Made by a program: the position numbers and the translations under genes. Source: Arcobacter sp. YIC-310 (GTDB lineage: Bacteria; Campylobacterota; Campylobacteria; Campylobacterales; Arcobacteraceae). From it: a DNA stretch of 24,000 bases. The notes beneath the pieces were generated by a model that worked only from the letters and a program-made list of their open reading frames with translations, had not been told where the DNA came from and did not search any database. Location of the stretch: assembly GCF_049472155.1 (NCBI RefSeq), contig NZ_JBMOVW010000009.1, forward strand, positions 24,755 to 48,754, written 5' to 3'. This document shows, piece by piece, positions 1 to 7,203 of the stretch; the stretch's first letter is position 1, and each line of letters opens with the position of its first letter.

Positions 1-1
1 G

Positions 2-265
2 TTAAGTTTAGAAGAATTGTCTATAGTCTTTAATCTATCAATAATTCATTTAATCAGAGTTTTTAAAGAAGTTTTTGGGATTCCTATTCACTCTTATATT
101 TTAAATAAGAAAGTTCATAAAGCAAAAGAGTTATTACTTTTAAATATACCTGTTGTTGAGGTTGCTTTACAAAGTGGTTTTTTTGATCAAAGCCATCTAA
201 ATAGAAGTTTTAAAAGAGTTTTTCAAATAACTCCTAAACAATTTCAAAAAAATTTAAAATGTTAA
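2..265 (+). CDS. AraC/XylS-family transcriptional regulator, C-terminal HTH portion (5' end outside window)
   Basis: The frame is open from nt 2, so the track start at 17 is only an internal TTG. The translation LSLEELSIVFNLSIIHLIRVFKEVFGIPIHSYILNKKVHKAKELLL..VVEVALQSGFFDQSHLNRSFKRVFQITPKQFQK matches the two-HTH AraC signature (..GF.DQSH..R.FK...G.TP..F). Confidence 0.85.
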   Translation, partial: LSLEELSIVFNLSIIHLIRVFKEVFGIPIHSYILNKKVHKAKELLLLNIPVVEVALQSGFFDQSHLNRSFKRVFQITPKQFQKNLKC

Positions 266-435
266 TTTTGTACAAGAATTAACTTTATAAATAAGTTACA
301 ATACTCTAAATCTAAAAAGGAGTTTGTTATGAATATAAATGTTTTTAATCAATATATTTCTTTTTTTTATTTCCTCTTAAATTCTTAATATTAAATAATC
401 AATAAATCAAACCAAACTAATAATCGGAGTAATAT

Positions 436-1740
436 ATGAACTTTAGAAAGTATAAACAGTATCCTATTGTCCAAAATCTTCAACGAGAATGGCCAAATAA
501 ACAGATTAATCAAGCACCAATTTACTGTAGCGTTGACTTAAGAGATGGTAATCAAGCTTTAATAAACCCCTTAGGAATAGAAGATAAATTAGAGTATTTC
601 AATACTTTAGTAAAAATGGGTTTTAAACAAATTGAAGTAAGTTATCCTAGTGCAAGCAATACAGACTTTAACTTTACTCGAAAATTAATAGAAGAGAATT
701 TAGTACCAGATGATGTAAGTATTCAAGTATTAATTCCTGCAAAAAAAGAGTGGATTAAAAAAAGTGTTGAAGCTATGGAAGGTGTTAATAATGGAATATT
801 TCATTTATATAATCCTACAAATGAGTTTCAAAGAAGAGTTGTTTTTAAAAAAAGTGATGAAGAAATAATACAAATGGCTGTAGATTCTATGAAATACTTA
901 ATTGAATTGACAAAAAATTTTAAAGGAAATATAACTTATCAATATTCACCTGAAAGTTTTTCTCAAACAAATTTAGAGTTTGCTTTAAAAATTTGTAATA
1001 AGGTAATTGATATTGTAAATCCAACATTAAAGAATAAAATGATCATTAATCTTCCAAATACTTTAGAAGATTGTATGCCCAATATTTATGCAGATAGAAT
1101 TGAATGGATGAGTAAAAATTTAAAAAATAGACAGGCTTTAATATTAAGTGTACATCCCCATAATGATAGAGGAACTTCTGTTGCTTCAGCTGAATTAGCA
1201 GTATTAGCAGGAGCTCAAAAAGTTGAAGGAACACTTTTTGGGAATGGAGAAAGAGCAGGTAATTTAGATTTGATAAATTTTGCTTTTAATATTTATTCTC
1301 AAGGAATTGATCCTAAAATTAATCTATCTATAGTTGATAAAGTAAAAAAAATGTATGAAGAAAAAACACAGTTAAAAGTGAATCCTAGACATCCTTTTGT
1401 TGGAGATATGATTTTTACTGCTTTTAGTGGAGGACATCAAGATGCAATAAAAAAAGGAATAGATTTTTATCGACAAAATAAATCTAAAGAATGGAAAGTA
1501 CCTTATCTTTTAATTGATCCAAAAGATATAAAAAGAGGATATGAAGATGTAATAAGAGTTAATTCTCAATCAGGAAAAGGAGGAGTTTCTTTTATAATAA
1601 GTGAGTTTTTTGGAGATAATTTAAATAACAAACAGTTAAAAGAGTTTGGACTTATGGTTAAAGAATTTAGTGATAAGAATCAAAAAGAACTAGTTAAAAA
1701 AGAAATTATTGATTTATATAAACAGTATAAAATGAAGTAA
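436..1740 (+). CDS. 2-isopropylmalate synthase-like enzyme (long or actinobacterial-type LeuA catalytic core, HMGL-like TIM barrel) without the C-terminal LeuA regulatory/dimerisation domain
   Basis: GGAG lies 7 nt upstream of the ATG. Motifs: REWPNKQINQAPIYCSVDLRDGNQALINPL, FKQIEVSYPSASNTDFNFTRKLIEE, DDVSIQVLIPA, HPHNDRGTSVASAELAVLAGAQKVEGTLFGNGERAGNLDL, FTAFSGGHQDAIKKG, NSQSGKGGVSFI. These are collinear with type-2 LeuA. The protein ends at 434 aa, just after the linker subdomains. Confidence 0.85.
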   Translation: MNFRKYKQYPIVQNLQREWPNKQINQAPIYCSVDLRDGNQALINPLGIEDKLEYFNTLVKMGFKQIEVSYPSASNTDFNFTRKLIEENLVPDDVSIQVLIPAKKEWIKKSVEAMEGVNNGIFHLYNPTNEFQRRVVFKKSDEEIIQMAVDSMKYLIELTKNFKGNITYQYSPESFSQTNLEFALKICNKVIDIVNPTLKNKMIINLPNTLEDCMPNIYADRIEWMSKNLKNRQALILSVHPHNDRGTSVASAELAVLAGAQKVEGTLFGNGERAGNLDLINFAFNIYSQGIDPKINLSIVDKVKKMYEEKTQLKVNPRHPFVGDMIFTAFSGGHQDAIKKGIDFYRQNKSKEWKVPYLLIDPKDIKRGYEDVIRVNSQSGKGGVSFIISEFFGDNLNNKQLKEFGLMVKEFSDKNQKELVKKEIIDLYKQYKMK

Positions 1741-1799
1741 ATTTAAGTATTTAGTAATTATGAGATTAAGTAAAAACTAGATAAAATCCAATTTTAAAA

Positions 1800-2018
1800 A
1801 ATTAGGTGAATTAGATAATTCATGGGAAATAGGTGTAATTCCTATACTGCCCCCGCAGCGGTAATATGTATATGAAATTCATATAAAAGTTTTAAACCAC
1901 TGTCATTTATGATGGGAAGGGAAACTTTACTTTAAAAAAGTTCATTAAGTCCGAAGACCGACCTAATTAATTAAAATGCAAATATCAGGCGGGGTGACCT
2001 GAAAGTAGGCATATTTTT
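1800..2018 (+). promoter_or_regulatory. Cobalamin (AdoCbl) riboswitch: aptamer about 1800-1968 plus a candidate P13/terminator hairpin about 1976-2018
   Basis: P1 pairs AATTAGGT (1800-1807) with ACCTAATT (1961-1968). The conserved core is GGGAAATAGGTGTAATTCCTATACTGCCCCCGCAGCGGTAA (1824-1864), followed by CCACTG...GGGAAGGG. The B12 box is AAGTCCGAAGACCGACC (1947-1963). A downstream hairpin TCAGG-CGGGGTGA-CCTGA (1985-2002) carries GCGGGG (1989-1994), the exact complement of the L5 sequence CCCCGC (1851-1856). That is a candidate kissing loop. A T-run follows at 2014-2018. Confidence 0.9.
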
Positions 2019-2095
2019 ATTACTTCTTTTAGACAATTTATTGTTTATAACCCTAAATGATTCTTGTATTAATAAAAATATTAATAGGAAGTTTC

Positions 2096-5000
2096 ATGCA
2101 AAAACTAAAAGTTTTTTTTGTTTTTTTCTTCTTTGTTTTTAGTGTTTTATCTCTAAAGGCAAAAGAAAAAACTATTTTTTCTATTGTTTCAGATAGATCT
2201 GTTTCAAGTTTAAATCAAGGTGCAATACACTATTTGAAAAACTCAAATGATAAGATTGCTATAAGAACTGAATCACAAGTTTTAAATATGAGCCAGGCTC
2301 AATTACAAAGCTTAGTAAATAATGCTGACATTGTTTTGTATACAGCTATTTTTGGAGATTTGGTTGAGAGGCTTTTGTCTTTAACTTATCAAAAAGAACA
2401 AATTGTTACAGCTTTACAAGGTGATAGAAGGTTATTAGCTTTAAATCAAGATATTTCAAATGCCAATTATAAGCGTTTACCTTCAAATCTTTTATCAAAA
2501 AAAGAGTTTAAAGACTCATATAAAAATGCTATAAAGCAAAAACAAGAAGAGTTTAAATCTTATGCTTGGTATTTACAAGCAAGAGCGTATTGGGATAATA
2601 GAGGAGTTCAAAATAGTTTAAATTTATTTAAATTTTTGTCTTTAAATACAAATGATAGCTCAAAATGGCCTGAATTTAAAGAGTTAAAACAAATAAGGTA
2701 TTTTTTAAATGCTGATAATTCAAAAACTATTAATTCTCTAAAAGAGTTAAAAAGTAGTATAGATTTTTCAAAAGATATACTTTTTATTTTAGATAATGAT
2801 AAAGCTACTAGTACTTCTTGGCAAATACATAAAAAACTAAAACATAGTTCAAATTTACAGACAGTTTCTATTTTAAGTTCATGGGGAAAAGCAAGTAAAA
2901 AAGCAGTAGAAAGTATAAAAGAAATTATAAAAAATTTAGATAAAAATAAAAGTTTTTCTATTATATCTTTACATGATTTTGTAATTGGAGCTGGTGAAGG
3001 AAGAAGTGAAGTTCTTAAAAGTTTTGAAAGTTTAAATGTACCTATTTTAAAAGCTATAAAAGTCTTAGATAGCTCTTCTTTATCTTATGAATTATCTTCA
3101 CAAGGTTTAGATAAAAATTCAGTTCACTATAGAGTTTCTATGCCAGAACTTCAAGGAATAGGACAAAGTCATGTTGTTGCCATAAATGATTTAACAAAAG
3201 TTGATACTTTAACAGGAGCAAATACTTTTGAATTAAAATTACTTGATAAACAAATTAAAAATTTAGTTAATAAATCAAAAAAATGGATGCTTTTAAATAA
3301 AAAAAATAACAAAGATAAGAAAATAGCAATTGTTTATTATAATCATCCTCCAGGACGACATAATATTGGTGCAGATAATTTAAATGTACCTACAACACTT
3401 TTTGAGATGTTAAAAAGTCTAAAACAAGCAGGTTACGAAGTAGGGGAATTACCAGCTACTCATGAGGCTTTACTTGATTTACTTCAACAAAAAGGTGTAA
3501 ATCTTCCAAATGATAGACAAGCTTTAGAACAACAAAGTAAAAATGTAGAAAAACTAAGTGCAAAAGAGTATAAAGAATACTTTGAAACTCTTCCAAAAGA
3601 TATTCAAGGAGAGATGACAAAAGGCCCTTTGGAAGCTTTACATATAAAAATTGAACAGTTTATAAAAGAAGAATCAAAAGATTTAAATAGTTTAAAAAAA
3701 CAAAAAGTATATAGCTCTTTAAATGACTATATGACTAAGACTATGGATAATTTACATCATGCTTTAGATGGTGTTAGAAGTAAAAGTAGACAAAGAGCTA
3801 TAAATCTTTTGGAACAGTTAAAAGTAGAGTATAAAACTATTTTAGAAAATGCAAAAGAGAATAAAAGCTATAGTTTAAAAAATGCAAATGATTTAAAAAA
3901 TGCCATTATAAATCTACAAATAGAAGGTATAAAAGGTTGGGGTGAACTTCCTGGTGTTGTAATGACTTGGAACAATGAACTGTTAATCCCTTCTGTTAAA
4001 TTTGGAAATATTATATTAGCTCCACAGCCTCCAAGAGGATGGGAATTAAATGAAGAGTTACTTCATGCAAATTTATCTTTTCCTCCAACACATCAATACT
4101 TAGCTTTTTATTACTATTTAAAAAATAATTTCAAAGCTGATGCTATTGTTCATGTTGGAAGACATTCAACTTATGAGTTCTTACCTAGAAAAAGTGTAGG
4201 TTTAAGTGCAAGTGATTATCCCTCACTTATTATTGAAGATATCCCAAGTATTTATCCATATATTGTTGATGGTGTTGGTGAGGGAATACAAGCAAAAAGA
4301 AGAGGTCAAGCTATTATGATTGATCACTTAACTCCTCCTTTGGCAACTACTAAATTATATGATGATTTATTAAATTTGAGATTATTGATTGAAAGTGCTG
4401 AGGCTGCTGTTGATGATAATATTAGAAAAAATGCAATTGTAAAATTAAAAGAGTCAATTGATAAAATGAATCTAAAAGATGAAATTATTGCTAGTATGGA
4501 CGAAGAGTTAAAAGTAAGAGGTATTGGTTTTGATGAGGTTGATGATGAGTTTTTACTTCATGAAGTAGGGCATTATTTAACTCATTTACAAGAAGAGTTT
4601 ATGCCCTTAGGTCTTCACACATTTGGGAAAAACTGGAATGATAAAGCTATAAAAACAATGCTTGAATCAATGAGTAAAGACAATGAAATTTCATTAGAAA
4701 CTAAAGAAAATTTAATAGCTTCACCAAAAGCTGAAATGGAATCTTTTCTAAATGCTTTAAATGGAGGTTTTGTAACAGCTGGAAAAGGAAATGATCCTAT
4801 TAGAACAAATGAAGCTTTACCTACAGGAAGAAATTTTTATGCAATTGATGGGGGATTAATCCCTTCAAGTGTAGGTTATGAAGTAGGGGTAAAACTGGCT
4901 TTAAAAGCAAAACAAAAGAAAAAAGAGTTTCTAAAAAAAGAAGCAGTAATTTTATGGGCTTCTGATACAGTAAGAGATGAAGGAGCTATGATAGCCTTTG

Positions 5001-6448
5001 GTTTAGAGCTTTTAGGAGTTGAGCCTATTTGGAATAGTAGAGGTATTGTAAAAGGTTTACAAAGATTACCCCTAGATACTAAAAGACAAAAAAGATATGA
5101 TATTTTATTTACAGGTTCAGGGCTTTTTAGAGATTTATATGGAACTCAATTGGCACTTTTACATAAAGCAGTTCTTATGGCTTTAGATGCTTCTTATGAT
5201 ACTATCTTGAAGAAATATCCTGCTTTAACTTTAAGTCTTGATAGTGCTTTAAAGCCTTTAGGAGATTTAAGAAAAGGTGGAAATGAGAGCTTAGAAGTAA
5301 ATGCTGTTGCTGCAAATTTTGTAAATGAATTAAGAGAACTTTTAAAGCAAACTCCAAATGCTAATTATGAAACTTTAGGAAAACAAGCTATTCAAAGAGT
5401 TTTTGCTACAGCTCCAGGAGCTTATGGTGCAGGTATAAATAGATTAGTTGAGAGATCAAGTTCGTGGGAAGATAGAAAAGAGTTAGCAAAAGTATTTATT
5501 AAAAGAATGTCTTATTCTTATGGAATACAAGATGAACCACAAGTAGCAACAAAAAGTTTTATAAGACAACTAAAAGAGGTTGAAAGTACTTATCTTGGAA
5601 GAGCAAGTAACCTTTATGGATTAATTGACAATAATGACACTTTTGATTATTTAGGTGGATTAAATTTAGCTATTGAGTCTCTTACAAATAAACAACCAAA
5701 GTCTTATGTGGTTAATCATTCAAACTCTAATGATTTAAAAATTGATGGTTTACAAACGGCACTTTTAAGTGAATTAAGAGGAAGGTTTTTTAATCCTCAA
5801 TGGATAAAACCACTTATGAAAGAGGGATATTCTGGTGCTAGAACTATGGGAAGTGAGTTTATAGAGTATTTATGGGGATGGCAAGTAACTAATCCAGAGA
5901 TTATTAAAGATGGTGTTTGGGAAGAAGTAAAAGCTGTTTATATTGATGATAAATTAGATTTAGGTTTAGATGAATTTTTATCTTCAAATCATCAAGTTCA
6001 TGTTCAAACAAATATTTTAGCTGTGATGTTAGTAGCAATTCAAAAAGACTTTTGGAAAGCAAATGAAAAAACAAAGAAAGAACTATCTCAAAGATTTGCA
6101 CAAAATATTATAAAAAATGGAATTCCAGGAAGTGGACATACTCATTCAAATCATCCTATTTATGAGTTTGTAAAACAAAACATTTCAAAAGAGCAGGCTT
6201 TAAAACTTGCACAAAAAGTTGAAGCTTCAAAACTTCAAAAACAAGAAATTCAAAAAGATGATTATAAATCAGTAAAAGAGATTGAATTAAAAGAACAAAA
6301 GCAAGAAATAAAAGAAAATAAAAAGCAAAAAGAAGAAAGCAAAAATCCAAATGAAAGTTATATAAACTACTTGATAATAGCTGTTTTAGTAGTTTTATTT
6401 GCAGGTTTATTTAACTCACTTGTTTTAAATAGAAAAAAAGGAATATAA
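2096..6448 (+). CDS. CobN/BchH/ChlH-family chelatase large-subunit homolog with N-terminal signal or anchor sequence and C-terminal transmembrane anchor (predicted extracytoplasmic)
   Basis: I prefer the ATG at 2096 (AGGAAG at 2086-2091) over the track start at 2057, which has no RBS. CobN-family motifs: KIAIVYYNHPPGRHNIGA, WGELPG, FGNIILAPQPPRGW, HVGRHSTYEFLPRKSVGLS, MIDHLTPPL, GLHTFG, LNGGFVTAGKGNDPIRTNEALPTGRNFYAID, VILWASDTVRDEGAMIAFGLELLGVEPIWNSRG, YDILFTGSGLFRD, PGAYGAG. The N-terminus MQKLKVFFVFFFFVFSVLSLKA is signal-like. The C-terminus is a K/E/Q-rich low-complexity stretch followed by the helix YLIIAVLVVLFAGLFNSLVL-NRKKGI. Confidence 0.9.
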   Translation: MQKLKVFFVFFFFVFSVLSLKAKEKTIFSIVSDRSVSSLNQGAIHYLKNSNDKIAIRTESQVLNMSQAQLQSLVNNADIVLYTAIFGDLVERLLSLTYQKEQIVTALQGDRRLLALNQDISNANYKRLPSNLLSKKEFKDSYKNAIKQKQEEFKSYAWYLQARAYWDNRGVQNSLNLFKFLSLNTNDSSKWPEFKELKQIRYFLNADNSKTINSLKELKSSIDFSKDILFILDNDKATSTSWQIHKKLKHSSNLQTVSILSSWGKASKKAVESIKEIIKNLDKNKSFSIISLHDFVIGAGEGRSEVLKSFESLNVPILKAIKVLDSSSLSYELSSQGLDKNSVHYRVSMPELQGIGQSHVVAINDLTKVDTLTGANTFELKLLDKQIKNLVNKSKKWMLLNKKNNKDKKIAIVYYNHPPGRHNIGADNLNVPTTLFEMLKSLKQAGYEVGELPATHEALLDLLQQKGVNLPNDRQALEQQSKNVEKLSAKEYKEYFETLPKDIQGEMTKGPLEALHIKIEQFIKEESKDLNSLKKQKVYSSLNDYMTKTMDNLHHALDGVRSKSRQRAINLLEQLKVEYKTILENAKENKSYSLKNANDLKNAIINLQIEGIKGWGELPGVVMTWNNELLIPSVKFGNIILAPQPPRGWELNEELLHANLSFPPTHQYLAFYYYLKNNFKADAIVHVGRHSTYEFLPRKSVGLSASDYPSLIIEDIPSIYPYIVDGVGEGIQAKRRGQAIMIDHLTPPLATTKLYDDLLNLRLLIESAEAAVDDNIRKNAIVKLKESIDKMNLKDEIIASMDEELKVRGIGFDEVDDEFLLHEVGHYLTHLQEEFMPLGLHTFGKNWNDKAIKTMLESMSKDNEISLETKENLIASPKAEMESFLNALNGGFVTAGKGNDPIRTNEALPTGRNFYAIDGGLIPSSVGYEVGVKLALKAKQKKKEFLKKEAVILWASDTVRDEGAMIAFGLELLGVEPIWNSRGIVKGLQRLPLDTKRQKRYDILFTGSGLFRDLYGTQLALLHKAVLMALDASYDTILKKYPALTLSLDSALKPLGDLRKGGNESLEVNAVAANFVNELRELLKQTPNANYETLGKQAIQRVFATAPGAYGAGINRLVERSSSWEDRKELAKVFIKRMSYSYGIQDEPQVATKSFIRQLKEVESTYLGRASNLYGLIDNNDTFDYLGGLNLAIESLTNKQPKSYVVNHSNSNDLKIDGLQTALLSELRGRFFNPQWIKPLMKEGYSGARTMGSEFIEYLWGWQVTNPEIIKDGVWEEVKAVYIDDKLDLGLDEFLSSNHQVHVQTNILAVMLVAIQKDFWKANEKTKKELSQRFAQNIIKNGIPGSGHTHSNHPIYEFVKQNISKEQALKLAQKVEASKLQKQEIQKDDYKSVKEIELKEQKQEIKENKKQKEESKNPNESYINYLIIAVLVVLFAGLFNSLVLNRKKGI

Positions 6449-6898
6449 ATGTTTTCATCTATATCATTAGGTTTAATGCACCAAATAACAAGTATTCTTT
6501 TAGAACCTGTATCTTGGGCACTTTTATTTTTTGTGGCTTTTGCAGTTTATGAAGTGGGAATTACTTTAGGGGAACGATTAAGTGAAATAAATAAACTTAA
6601 AAATAATAGTGATATTTCTTATGTTTTAGCTCATGCAAAAAAAAGAATTGAAAGAGCAGATTTTATCACAAGAATCTCTCCAATGTTAGGACTTATGGGA
6701 ACATTAATTCCCTTAGGTCCTGGGCTTGCTGCACTTGGGGATGGGGATGTTAAAATACTTAGTACAGCTATGCTTGTGGCTTTTGATACAACTGTTTTAG
6801 GTTTACTTGCTGGAATGATTGGTTTTGTAATAGCAAGACTAAGAAGAAGATGGTATGATAATGCTTTAACTTTTATGGAAAAACAAAATGAGAAGTAG
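6449..6898 (+). CDS. Small MotA/TolQ/ExbB-family proton-channel protein (149 aa, 3 predicted TM helices)
   Basis: The ATG directly abuts the upstream stop (TAAATG at 6446-6451). There are hydrophobic helices at the N-terminus, at ISPMLGLMGTLIPLGPGLAAL and at TTVLGLLAGMIGFVIARL. The G(L/M)xGT...L....A(L/F).TT..GL pattern is the ExbB/TolQ signature. Confidence 0.8.
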   Translation: MFSSISLGLMHQITSILLEPVSWALLFFVAFAVYEVGITLGERLSEINKLKNNSDISYVLAHAKKRIERADFITRISPMLGLMGTLIPLGPGLAALGDGDVKILSTAMLVAFDTTVLGLLAGMIGFVIARLRRRWYDNALTFMEKQNEK

Positions 6899-7193
6899 AT
6901 TTTCAAGTGAGCATTTTTCAAAAGAAGATGATGAACCTTTAGGGCCTTTGGCAAACTTAGTTGATATTATTTTAGTTTTTGCTTGTGGTTTAATAGCAGC
7001 GCTTGTAGCTATAAATCCAAATTTACAAGATCATTTTAATGTAGAGCAAAAACAAGAAATAAAACAAGGCAAAGAGTTAGCTAATATTCCAAAAGATTTA
7101 AAAAACAATCAAAACTCAAGTAAGGGTTATGAGTCCTTAGGACAAGTTTATAAAGACCCTAAAACAGGAAAGTTAATCTTAATTAGTGAATAA
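6888..7193 (+). CDS. DUF2149-like single-pass membrane protein (ExbD/TolR-like topology)
   Basis: The ATG overlaps the upstream gene by 11 nt. The translation EDDEPLGPLANLVDIILVFACGLIAALVAI is an acidic N-terminus followed by one TM helix and a short soluble tail. The assignment to DUF2149 is from memory of that family's PL.NL.D..LVFA.GL motif. Confidence 0.6.
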   Translation: MRSRFSSEHFSKEDDEPLGPLANLVDIILVFACGLIAALVAINPNLQDHFNVEQKQEIKQGKELANIPKDLKNNQNSSKGYESLGQVYKDPKTGKLILISE

Positions 7194-7203
7194 AGAGTAA
7201 ATT

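Noticed and set aside
1046-1234. A 62-aa antisense ORF inside the leuA-like gene. The same applies to the other short nested ORFs in the track: 5904-6101(-), 6156-6350(-), 6631-6954(-), 7467-7763(-), 15457-15657(-), 17627-17809(-), 18925-19125(+) and 23783-23968(-).
   Set aside because: Each lies entirely within, and opposite to or out of frame with, a long gene that has strong family motifs. Their translations are low-complexity (L/F/K/I-rich), as expected for random open frames in AT-rich DNA, and none has a convincing RBS.
2057-2095. The track start codon (ATG at 2057) for the CobN-like gene, which adds MILVLIKILIGSF.
   Set aside because: It has no Shine-Dalgarno sequence upstream. The ATG at 2096 is preceded by AGGAAG at the proper spacing and yields a canonical n-region (MQKLK) plus hydrophobic-core signal sequence.
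2096-6448. Annotating this gene simply as cobN, the aerobic-pathway cobaltochelatase of B12 biosynthesis.
   Set aside because: The signal-like N-terminus, the C-terminal TM anchor, the absence of CobS/CobT or ChlI/ChlD and of any other cob/cbi genes nearby, and the coupling to ExbB-like and DUF2149 genes all argue against the canonical cytoplasmic role. Only family membership is claimed.
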